From positions 434,001 through 498,000 of the forward strand of contig OZ251239.1 in assembly GCA_965240325.2 (NCBI GenBank): a DNA stretch of 64,000 nt, in the 5' to 3' direction. The DNA is from Rebecca billardiae RCC1528. Lineage: Eukaryota > Protista > Haptophyta. The notes beneath the pieces were generated by a model that was not told the DNA's origin, did no database searches, and saw only the letters and a list, made by a program, of their open reading frames with translations. Position numbers and translations under genes: made by a program. Positions 49,101 through 60,300 of this stretch are shown here, piece by piece; position 1 is the stretch's first letter; each line of letters starts with the position of its first letter.

Positions 49101-52100
49101 GCGCGGGCTCCAGCACTCGTTTGAGACCAGGCTGCGCTGGGGGGCTGAGCCCACGCGCGCTGGCGCTGACGCCCGCTTCCGGCTCGGCTCGCCTGCGCAC
49201 CACGAGTACGTCTCCCGCCTGGTGGTCGACCTGCCGACCGCGGCGCACGGCCAGCAGGCGCCGTCGGACCACGAGCAGCGGGCCTGGGCGCAGTCGGCGC
49301 TGCAGCTGGCGCTGCCCGTGTGCGCTGCCGACGGCGCGCAGCTCGCACATGAGCGCGCAGCGGCGCCTGCCGTGCCCCACGTCGTGGGGCTTGCGGGCGG
49401 CCACCCCGCGCCTCACGCCGACGGCGGTGGGCGCGCGCCCACCGCCGCGGCCGCGCACGGCACGGGCGCGCACGTGGGCGCCCCCTTTGACGAGGGCGCG
49501 CGGCCCCCACGCGCCGATGGCGTTGACGACCCGGCTGTCGGGCCGCGCGCGCCCACGGCCGTGCGTCGCCCCGACGCAGCGTCCGCCCCGCTGCGGCACA
49601 CCGGCGCCCGCCAAAGCTCGAGCTCGGACGCGCCGGGCGCGCACGAGCCCGCGTCGCCGCGGCCTGGCGATGGGCACTCTTCGCCCGCTCGCGTGGCAAC
49701 GCCAGCGCCGGGCGCACCCTGCGCTGCGGGCGACGCCGTGCCCTGCGTCGCGGTGACGGTGCCCGGCGCTGCTGTGTGCGCCGCGACGGCGCGCCCGCCA
49801 CTCCACCCGGCGGGGCCGCCCCTCGACAGCAGCAGCGCGCGCGCGGTGATCGCGCAGCCGCCCGGCTGCGCCTCGCGCGCGCCGCCGCAGCCGCGCGGCG
49901 CCTCCGGTGGCGACGGCGGCAATGACGACGACGACGCGCGGCTGAGGGCCCTCCCTGCGCTGCCGCACGCAGGTGGCCTCTTGTCCGGCGGGGACCTCGC
50001 CCTGGCCCTGCACGCCGGCCAGCGTGCCCACCTCGGTGGCCACCTTGCCGACGCGTTGGCGACGGAGAAGTCGGCGCCCGCATGGGCGCGCGGTGGAGTG
50101 CCCCTCGTCGACGCGTCCGTGGGCCATAGGACGCACACGACGGCGGCCGCCCGCGGCAACGCGCCGCTGTTCGCCCTGAGCGCGGACTGGCCGACGATGC
50201 GCGTCGGCGAGTCCGACGCCCGCGGCGAGCCGCTCGTCACGGACGCCGATCCCGCCAGTGCCGCCATCGACGTGCGCGACTGGGAGGAGGGCATCGCGGA
50301 CGACGACTGCGCGGACGCCCGCGCGCGCGCGGCGCAGGCGGCACTGCAGGCGGACGAGTCCGCCGACAGCGACGCCGCTCGCGCGCGCGACCCGCTGGCT
50401 GCCCTCATGCCGTGTCCACCCATCGTCGCTCGCGCGCAGCCGCCCTCCACCGGTCCCGCCGAGCCCCGCGCCGGCCAGGCCGGCGCCCGGCTTGTTGCGC
50501 CGGAGTCGCTGCACCACGGCGGTGACGCCGGGTACTTCCGCTACTCCGCGCCGTCGAGCACCTCGGCGAGCACGTCGGCGGCAGCGCACCGCCTCGAGCT
50601 CCGGCCCCTGGCACTGTGGAGGAAAATGGGCTTGCGGGCGCCGCGCCCGTACTCCCAGGTGAAGGCGGACGCCACCCTGCTCGAGCCCCCGATGGTGCGC
50701 CAGGTGTACCCGCGCCTCGCCGACGCGCTCACGCACGCCTCGGAGTGCGCGCTGCACCGGGGGGCCATGCCGCCGACGCGGCGCGTCGACCGCGCCAAGC
50801 TGACGATCGGATGCCCCACGCCCGGGTGCCCGTCCGTGGTGGTGGTGGGCCCGTCGAAGTACGTGGACACGTTTGGCGCGCCGCCGTGGGCCGTGCAACG
50901 CTCGGTCGCGCACGGCTCCATGTGCCGCAACCTGCGCATGGGCAAGGGGTCCGAGGAACACCCCATCGGCTCGCTGCCGCGCCCGACCAACCAGCCGGGC
51001 GTGCGCACGACGCCGTACTCCCAACACGAGCTCGGGCGGGCGATCGTCGAGGACTGGAAGGCGCGCTTGGCCCGGCGCGGGACCACGCACGCGCAGCTGT
51101 GCTACGGCCCGCAGCAAGCACGAGAGGTCGCGCGCCAGCTGGACGCAGAGCTCCCCATGGGTGAATCGCTCATCGCGCGAGCGCACAAAGAAGCGCGCGC
51201 CGAGATCTACGGGGACGACACGGCCATGTCGCGCGACCTCGTGGCCGTGTGCGCGTCGCTGTCGCAGGAGGGCAACGAGGTCGCGCCCATCATCTTCCAC
51301 GAGAACTCGGTCGAGGACGCGCTGCTGGCCATGTTCGGCCGCGTGCACGACGAGGTGCAGCAGGGGCTGCCGGCGGGCGCGCAGCGCGCGGCCTTCAACC
51401 CCGACGCGGCGGAGGTGCAGAAGGCGCTGGCTGACGTGCGCGGCAAGAAGGCAGTGGGTGGCTTCCACTACGTGCCCAAGCAGGCCAAGGCGCTTTACCG
51501 CGAGCACTTTCACGCGAAGGGCAACACGGCCGCGTTCAGCGACGCGTGCTTCCTGCACCGCCCCGCCAGCGGTGGCGCGAAGCGCGCGGGTGCGCGCGCC
51601 CGCCGCACCCGGGCACGCCCTCGCGACGCCGCGTGCGTCCGTGCCGCCTCAGCGCCCGCCCGTCTGACCTGCCCGCGCGCACGCACGCGCGCGACGCAGG
51701 CATGCTCTTCGTCACGCTGGCCGTGAACGCCAACCGGCAGCTGTTCGTCTTGTGCGTGTCGTACATCGTCGACGTGGAGTGCCTGGACTCGTGGTGCGCG
51801 CACGTCGGATACCTCATGCAGCACCTCGGCGGGGCGGCTGTGTGGGACGACCCCAACGGCGTCACCATCTCGGACGGCCAGAAGGGCCTGCGCGGCGCGT
51901 GGAAGCTGCTGTGCCCGCGCAGGCACCTCTTCCTGTGCACGTTCCACAAGCGCCAGACCTTCATCACGGGCTACGCACACTCGGCGAACGAGGTGCCCAC
52001 CATCCTGCGCGTGTTCGACGCGTGCGTGGACGCGTTGACCGAGGAGGTGTGGGAGGCCGCCTGGGTGGAGATGCCAGAGTCGGCCAAGCGCATCCTCGAC

Positions 52101-55100
52101 GTCATCCCCCGCGAGGAGCTCTTCCCGTGCTTCGCGCCGGTGTCCCTGCGCGGCTACGTGACGTCCGCGCCGGCGGAGTCCTTCATGCACTGGCTGCTGC
52201 CGGTGCGCAAGGCGCAGGGCCCGGTGTGGATGCTGCTCGACCTGCACGACAACCTCTTTCGCCTCTACGCGACGCACCGCAGCGTCGCCGTGCGCCACGC
52301 CCTGAAGCCCGACGCCGATGATGAGGTGCACGGGTTGCCGCCACGGCACCTGGAATACGTGCGCCAGCAGGTGAGCACGGCGCGCACGCTCTCTCAGGTG
52401 GAAGTGCACCGTGTCCTCGACGGGCCGCACGCAGGTGCCCTGCGCATGCTCAACACCACGGACGGCTCGGCGCCGCGCCACGTGTACCTCGACGAGTTCC
52501 GGTGCTGCGCGTTGCTGCGCCGCAAGCGCCTGCCGTGCATGCACTTCTGCCGCGTGGCGACCTCCGTCGGCCGTGCCATGGGCACGTGCTTGCCCCAGGA
52601 CCTGCGCTGCGAGACGTGGTTCGCGCAGGTGGGCCTTCGGGTCGAGCGCGACGCCAACGACACCCGGGTGGACACGCTCGGGCGCGTCGTGGCCATCACC
52701 AAGCTCGACGTCATCACACCGCCCCAGCGCCTGGAGGACGCCATTGCGGCTCTGCTGCTGCCCGCTCTCGCCAAGCGCGCCCTGCTCGAAAAGTACGTGG
52801 CCATGCCAGCGGTGCCCGCGCGCGTGGGCAGGCCCGCGTCCTCGGCGCGACGGCTGGCGTTCTGGGAGGGCCGCGCCGGGGCGCGCCACCCGCGCGCACC
52901 GCGCGCGCGCGCGCCGCGCGTGCAGTTGGGCAAATCCGCGGCGTCGTACGTGCGCCCCTTGAGGGAGCAAGCCCCGGACGGCGACTTCGCCCGGCGCGTG
53001 CGCGAAGCGCACCGCGACGAGCTCGCGCGTGTGCTCGAGGGGCTGCCGGAGCACCTGTACGGCATCGCGCACACGCACGTGCTCGACGACACTAACGTGC
53101 TCGTGCGCGTGGCCGGCCCGCTCCGCGAGGGTGTGGTTGCGAACCAGCGACGTCGCCACTTTGCCACGTACACGGCCGGCACGACCGCCGCCGCGCAACT
53201 GCGCTGCTGCGCGTGTTTCGACCCCGAGGCCGCGGACCTCAGCGCGGCGTGGCCGGCGGACTCGCCGCCGATCGACCCCCGACTGGCGTGCCAGGGCTGC
53301 GCCTGCTTCATCCACTCGCCCGCGCAGTGCAAGTATGTGTGGCACCTCGGCGCGCTGGACAGCGGGCTGTACATGTGCACGTGCTGCTACTTCCTGCTCG
53401 TCGCGGGGGCGTGGAAGCGCCTGCGCGAAGCGCGCGCAGCCGCGGCGGGCGAGGCGGCGGCGCCCGACGGGCCGCGCGGCGCGAGGCCGGAGGACGTGCC
53501 ATACCACCGTATGCGCGGACAGCACGGCGGTGGGGCCGCGCGCGGCAACCCGGCGCGCACCGCAGGCGCGCGCGGGGGCCGCGCAGGCGGCCGCGGGGGC
53601 CGCGGCGCGGCGGCGCCCGCGCCCGGGCGCGCGCAGCCGGCGGCCGCCCAGACGCGCGACGGCGCCGCCGCGGCGGGCGCGGGCGCGCGCGGCGGCCCGC
53701 GCCGGCACTGCGCGCGCGCGATCGCCTCGCAGGCACTTGGCGGCACCGGCGTACGCATGGGCTTCGCGACGGCACCGATGCCAAACGCCGCCACGCAGCG
53801 GCCGGCCGCACCGCCTGAGGGCACGACGGGCCCGCGCAGTGGCGCGGACGCCGGCACGACGCCCGCCGCGCGCGCGCGCGCGCACGCCGCGGAGCCGCTG
53901 CCGGCCACGGGCGACACAGTACCGCTGGCGGCGACTGAGCATCCCTTCCGCCCCCCGTGGCCCGGCGCCCACGCGCCACCGCCACCGGGTGCGCGAGTCC
54001 CTCGGGCGCGCGCGGGCGCGGCAGAGCCACCGGCGGAGGCGGCGGAGTCCGAGTCGGCGTACGCGCGCCTCGCTGACGACAGCGCCGCAGTGCTCGCGGC
54101 GGTGCAGCGCATACCTGGCATCGGTCGGGGCAGGGCAGCCATGTTCATGTGCAGTCGCGGCCTGTCAGCACCGTGGCCCACGCTCAGCGAGACGGCCGGT
54201 GACGCATTCGGCGCGTCCAGCGCGACGACGGGCAAGGTGCTGGCACAGTTTGCGCGCGCCGCCGCCGCCCCCGCCGAGCTGGCGCGCGCGCACGCGTCGC
54301 CCGCCGTGCCCGCCGAGGGCAGTGGCGGCGCGAGGGGCTCGGGCGGCGCCGCTCCGAACGCGGCCTCCCACGTGTGGGCGCACGCAGGCGCACACGACGT
54401 CGCGGCGGCGGCGGCGGGCCTGGCGGACGTCCTGGCTGGCGGCGGCGGCGCGGGCGCAGGCGCCGCAGGCCAGGCGGGCGCCGCGGCTGGCACCTCCCGC
54501 GCGGGCGCGGGGGCCGCGTCTGCGCCGTGCGCGCCCAAGCGCCCTCGGACTGCGGCCGCCGCCGACGACGCGGGCGGTGCGGCCGCGGATGGGCGCCTGC
54601 CGCCGGCTTCGCGCCAGGCGGCGGGCGCCCGCGCGTCCACGGCGGGGCCATCGTCGGCGGCGCGGTCGGTGCCGACGCCGGGCCCAACGCGCGCAGGCGC
54701 CGACCTGCTGGGGACGGCGCGTGGCACGTCTGGTGCCGCGGACGACACAGCCGTCGCCACCGCGGACGACGCGGTCGCCCACTTGGCGCGCACTGGTCTG
54801 CCGGTGCGCGACGCTGGAGCGCGCGCCGCGGGCGATGACCGCCACGCGCCGGTGCGCCTGTTCCACGCCGCCGACGCCGCCGCCGGCGCAGACGACCACG
54901 ACGCCGAATTCGCCCGATTACGGCTGTGCTGCGCCCAGGCAGTGCTCGACGACCTCTGGGGCGCGGGCGCCGCACAGCCGTTGCCCGTGCCAGCCGACGG
55001 TGACGACGTGCTGCACGCGGTGCTCGCGCACGCGCACGCGCGGGCGCGTCCGCCCAGCACGCTTGAGGCCCTGTGGTGGGCGTGCTGCGCGCGGCGCCTG

Positions 55101-57341
55101 CGCGCGGCGGCCGCGTCGTGGCTGGCCGCGCACGCGCATGCGACGCCCACCGAGCACTCCGTCGGCTGGGGTGGCGCGCTGGGCCCGGCCGAGTCGGCAG
55201 AGGACCTGCGAGCGCAGGCGCGCTTCATCGGCTTGTGCGGCGCTGACGTGCGCGCACTTCCCCCGGAGAGCGCAGGTGGCGACGAAGCTGGGCAGGCGCG
55301 TTTGCGGGCTCTGCGCATGGTGGCCCCCGACGACTCGTCGTCGTGGCACACCCCCGGCCAGGGCGTGCGCGATCTGGACGACGCAGTGACGCTGGCAGTG
55401 CGAGCGGCGGAGTACACGTGCGACGGGTACGTCAGCAGCCCGGGCAACACGTGCGATGGCCCTGAGTGGTACGCGGCAGTCGCTCGCGCCGCCGGCGTGC
55501 ACCTCCTCGTCTTCGACATGGCCTACGCACGCCGAGCTCGCGACGTGCACGGCGTCGCCATGCGTGAGCACGTGCGGTGGTATCCTCCGACGGCAGTGCG
55601 CGTGCCGCCGGCGCCGGCGGCGCCACGCGCTCGCGGGGGCGCCGGCGCGAAGCGCCGGCGCGCCGACACGCCCGACGCAGGCGCCGCGCACGCGGACGCA
55701 CGTCCGCTGTGCGAAGCGCGCCTGAGCCTGGGACGCGAGACGCACGCACGCGTCCTGCGCACGCTCGACGTCGGGGCGATGGGCACCGGCTGGGTGGCCA
55801 TCGTGCGCAACGTGTGTCCTCGCCGGCAGTTCTACGCAGTGGTTGCGCCGCAGGCCACCCCGCGCGCGCACGGGGTGTTGCCGGCGTCGCGCTGGAGTGC
55901 GTTCCAGCCGGCTGCGGACGCGCACGTGAGGCTGGCGTCCAGGCGGCGCGGGTGCGAGGTGGATGCGCTGGACCCGAGCGCGTTCGGCACCGAGGTGGTC
56001 CCTCTCGACGGCTCCGACGGGGCATGGCGGTGCGACGTGGGCTTGGGGCTGCGCCTGGCCTTGGGCGAGACCGCCGCTGACGTGACGGCGGAGCGATGCC
56101 GCGCTGACGTGACGGCGGGTGATGCCGCGCCACGCGGCGCAGCCGCGCCGCGCGCCGCGGCGGCGACGGACGCCACCGTGGACGCGGGTGCGGCGGCGCC
56201 GGCGCCCGCCGGGCACGGGGCTGCGCCGGCTGCGGTGGCTCCGGCGGCCGCCGCACACGTGCACGCGCCGGTGGACGACGCCGCGGTCCTGCTCGAGCGC
56301 CTGGGCTTCCCCGCGCTGCCCCTGCCGCCGGCGTTGCCGCCCGAGGCGCGGGCTGGTGCACAGACCGGAGCACCCGGCGGCGTGGATGGCGACGGCAACG
56401 TCGCCGCGGCCATCCGCGAGCTCTTCGGCGGCGGCACGAGCGTGCAGGACGTTCCCGGCGATGGCGACTGCTACTTTCACGCGTGGCTCGCGCACGACAC
56501 GCGTGGCGTGCGGGCCGACCTGCCCGCCGCCAACGCGCGCGCGCAGACGCTGCGCGACGGCGTGTGCTCGTACATCGCGTCGTGGGAGGACGAGCACGGA
56601 CCGGGCGAGACGCTCGGCACGGCGTCGGCCACGGCGTCGGCGGCAAGCGCGCTCGGCATGCTTGGCGTCAAGCCAGCATCCATCCCCCGGGCCCGCACCG
56701 GCCAAGGACTCGAAGTGCAGGACGAGGACTGGCAGGAGGTGCTGCCACTGCCACTGCGACATACTGGAGGCGTGCGGACGCTGGGAGCAGCGGCGCGCGC
56801 GTACGCGCGCGGCGCCCGGTACACGGGCGACGGCGCTGGCGCGCATGCGGCGCGCGCTGGTGCGTGGTCGGCGTGGGGCTCGCACGTCGCGACGGCGCGC
56901 GCCACGGGCCTGCCGCTGGTGGTCCTTGAGCTGCGCGGCGGGGCTACGCCGGAGGAGGCGGCGTGGCGCGCGTTCACCGACAACGTCTGGTTCTACCCCG
57001 TGCAGACGCGGCCGGGCCTTCGCTGGCGGCGGACTGACGACGGCGGGCGCAAGGGCAGCGTCGCCGTGAGCACGCATGCGCACCTGCGCCTGCGTGACGA
57101 GCGCACGCGGCGCGCCTTGCAGCGTCTGGACGTCACGCAGTTGGGCACGACGTGGATGGCCGTGGTGTACGACGGCCGTTGCCACTTCGGCGCGGTGGTG
57201 TCGGCGACGGCGCCCCTGGAGGCGCGTTCGGCGCGCGACAACAACGAGGGGCGTCTGGCGCACTTCATGCGAGCTACATCACCCTTGCAGGGGTACGTTG
57301 AGTGCGCACCACGCCGCCTGAGCACGCCAGGTGCCAGCTAA
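45958..57341 (+). CDS. MULE transposase polyprotein (~3,600 aa): 2OG-Fe(II) dioxygenase, WRKY-like Zn finger, DDE, SWIM, PHD, HhH, pseudo-OTU, OTU. Exons 45958-46040?, 46147-46210?, 46429-51589, 51700-57341 (alternative start ATG 46435)
   Basis: GWHVD...FPAMWHHRS...K; CPTPGC...HGSMC; D(51541) D(51873) CTFH E(52176); RCC...LPCMH; CCAC...CQGC..FIH...C...YMCTCC; RIPGIGRGRA; VPADGDDVLHA; VPGDGDCYFHA...YDGRCHF. The four-exon model totals 10950 nt in one open frame. Confidence 0.88.
51590..51699 (+). other. Intron within the MULE DDE domain (110 nt)
   Basis: gcgG|gtgcgc...ctgac...acgcag|GC. Fuses the 1785-aa and 1931-aa ORFs right after the first catalytic Asp. Confidence 0.9.
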
Positions 57342-60300
57342 CAGAACGACAGGCGCCGACTCACGGCACCGGCCGGCCGGCCTGCGTCCGAGCTGACGAC
57401 GACATAGCACGGGCCGGCACAGTGTGGGCCCCCGGCGGCGTGTATCAGTGTTGTCGCGCGTGGCGCTGCTTGCATCCCGCTAAGACCTGCGCTAAGACCT
57501 TCTCGGCGGGCCCCGCCGTAGGCCCTTGTGGCGCCGTCACTGCGAGTGGCGCAGAGGCGCTGGCCGGGGGGGTGCCTGTGGCCGTGTGCTCGGAGAACCG
57601 GGCTCAGGCCACGGCGATTCCGACGAGCCACTCCGCCGGCACCCCGGGTGCCGAGCTCGTGGCCAGATGCTGCCAGCGGTGGCGGCCACCCGCGTGGCCG
57701 CCCCGGGTGGCGCGCAGCCTGTGCACGCCACCGCGACGCGCGCGCGCGCACGGGGGCGGTCGGGCGCGACTGAGCCAGGGCTGCGCGTACACGCCGCTCG
57801 GCGTGCGCACGGCTGGCGCCGCCCGATGTGGTGTGTGCGCGCACCTGTGGGCGGCGCGTGGGCACGTCAGGACGCGCCCTTGTGGGTCGGCGTCTACTGC
57901 GCGGCCGGCGGGGGCTGGCCCGCGGGGGCTTCGTCGGCCTGCGCGGCCGGCGCACGGAGCGACAGTGCAGCGGCCTGGCGGGCACACGCGAGTCAGGGGG
58001 CGGCACTCGGCGCCGCGCGCGCTGGCCGAATGCGACCGGCGGCGGCGCGCCACGCCGTGCCGTGGGTGCGCGCGACGTGGGCGCAGCGGACGCAGCGCTC
58101 ACCGACGGGCCCGCAGCCGGGGCGTGCGCGCCGTGCGGTGCTTCGCCTGTTGGCAGCTGGACGCACGCCGCGTGCGCCGACGCGTGCGGGCCGGGCTGTG
58201 CGCCACCTGCGCTGCGGTCCATCATGAACTGCGTCAACGCCTGCATAGACGCCACCATCGCGCTCGCGATCTCGTCACGTTTCATTGCGGCCGCGCGATC
58301 CTCGTCGCGTCGGCGCGCCGCCTCCGCGCGCTCCTGCTGGCGCCAGGCCTCGTCCGCCGCGCGCTCCTGCCGGCGCCGCTCGTCGTCCGCCGCGCGCCAG
58401 GCCTCGTAGTCCTTCTGGCGCTTGGCGTCGTTCGCAGCGAGTTGTCCGATCGCTTGTGCCATTGCGTTGGGGATGCCGTGCACCATCTCAGCGAGCTGGG
58501 CGTGGGCCGCAGCGAGCTCGGTGCACATGCGCGTCGCCTGTTCGGGTGGCCCGGGTGCGCGCGCGACGGCGGATGGCCGTGTGACGGCGACGCGGCCCGG
58601 GTCGCCGACCGGCCGGCGCGCCACCACACGCCCACCGGCGGCGCCGCCCGCGCCGCCCGCGTCGGCGCCGCGTTCGTTCAGGCGACGCTTGCGCGCTGGC
58701 GCCGCCTGTACGTGCCGCGCCAGCGAGGGCGCGCGCCTGTGGAGCGCGGCGGCGTACATCTTCGGCGCGTCCACGCCGCTGCTTTTGCCGGTGACTGGGT
58801 CCGCCGGGTGCGTCCAGAGCCGATCCTGGCAGAACGGGACGATGTCAGCCCACACGCTGATGCACAAGGGGCGAAAGTCCACAATCGCACCCACGGGCGG
58901 CGCGGCAGGTGGCGTCCCGGCAGGCGGCGGGCGCGCCAGGGCGGCTGCCTTCACGGGGTCGCGCATGTGCGGGACGAAGAACAGCGTGCCGAAGTTGCCG
59001 GCGTCGGCGTCGTCGCCGGCCGCCGCGCGGCTGTGCGTTGACAGCGCCTCCGTCGACTTCCACGAGCGCGTCTTCGAAGGCACGTAGGTGAACTCGAGCA
59101 CCTCGTCCCGGTGGAGTGCCCGCGAGCTCGTGTCGGCGTTGAGCACGCGGTCGTAAGCACCGGCGTTATCCTCGGAGACGGCGAGGAGCTCGAAGGTGAG
59201 CCGCTTCTTCCGCTCGGGCGCGACGAGCCGTGCGCTGACGATGCGCACCTTGGTGAGGTAGTCCGCCGCCTCGAAGGACGCACCATCGCCCACGCTGACG
59301 TCGGCGAGGGCGTCGTATCGCAGGTGTGCCGCCTTGACGCGCAGCACGAGCGCCGAGGCGCACGCGATGGCCGCCGCGACGCACGTGTGCTTCGAGGCGA
59401 GCATCAGCTCTTGTTCATGGACGGGCAGCTCGCCGACGACGCCTGCGACGCGCACGCGCGTCCCACCGCCCGGCCGGGGGAGAGGCCTGTCAAACGAGCG
59501 CTGCGGGCGGCCGGCGACCATGATCTGGTGGAGCGTGTGCAGCAGGTCCGCCGACGCCGCCGTGCCCCCAATCACGTCGTAGTTCGACTGCACGTACGTG
59601 AGCGCCGCCTCCGCGATGGCCGCGGCGTTCGTCATGAGCCCGGGCGGGTCGCCATCGGGCGCCCAATGGCATGGCCCGATGCCGAGCGCGCTGCACACCG
59701 CGGAGGCGCCCATGAGCACGTCCGTGGACGTCGGGACCACGTCCCGGCGCGGGCGGGGCGGCAACGCGTCCGTCTCGTCCGGGCTGGGCGGCGAGTCGTG
59801 GAGCGCGGGGGCGGCGTGCTGGACGGGGGGCGCAATGGCCCGCGGCGGCGCTGACTGCAGCTCGCACGCAGCAACCTCACGCCGGCTGACGGCGGCGGCG
59901 AAGGCGTCGACCGTGAGGTCCGTGCACGTCGCAGCCGTCATCGCGCCCGCCGCACCACTGGGCGGCCGCGTGGCGAAGGTGAGGAGGCGCCAGCCCTTCT
60001 CGAAGCGGATGGCGTACGCGTGCGCGCCGACGACGGGCTCCGACTCGTCGGTGTCGTCGGTGTCCACGGACCGGTAGTCCACCACGGCCACGGCGGCGTG
60101 CAGCAAAGGCGACGTCCCCTGCTCAGCGGGCGCCCGCAGCGGCGTGGGCACAAGCGCGCACCAGGAGGGCGCCTGTGCAACCACGGCGGGGAGGCCGAAC
60201 ACCGCCTGTCCCGAGCGCCGCATCGAGGGCAACGCAAGCGCCCGGTGAACCCAGGGCGCGTCGCCGCCTGCGACGCCATCGTCGTCGGCCTCAGCGTCCG

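Larger units (their letters stand above)
40586..60173 (+). repeat. 19.6-kb direct duplicate of 20827-40385 (offset 19759), probably overlapping contig ends
   Basis: Duplicate begins immediately after the gap and copy 1 ends immediately before it. The ORF track is repeated with constant offset. Confidence 0.95.

Noticed and set aside
48961-57263. Long antisense ORFs over the transposase and other genes (e.g. 865, 820, 781 aa)
   Set aside because: Shadow ORFs caused by GC3-rich codon usage; conserved motifs are all on the called strand.
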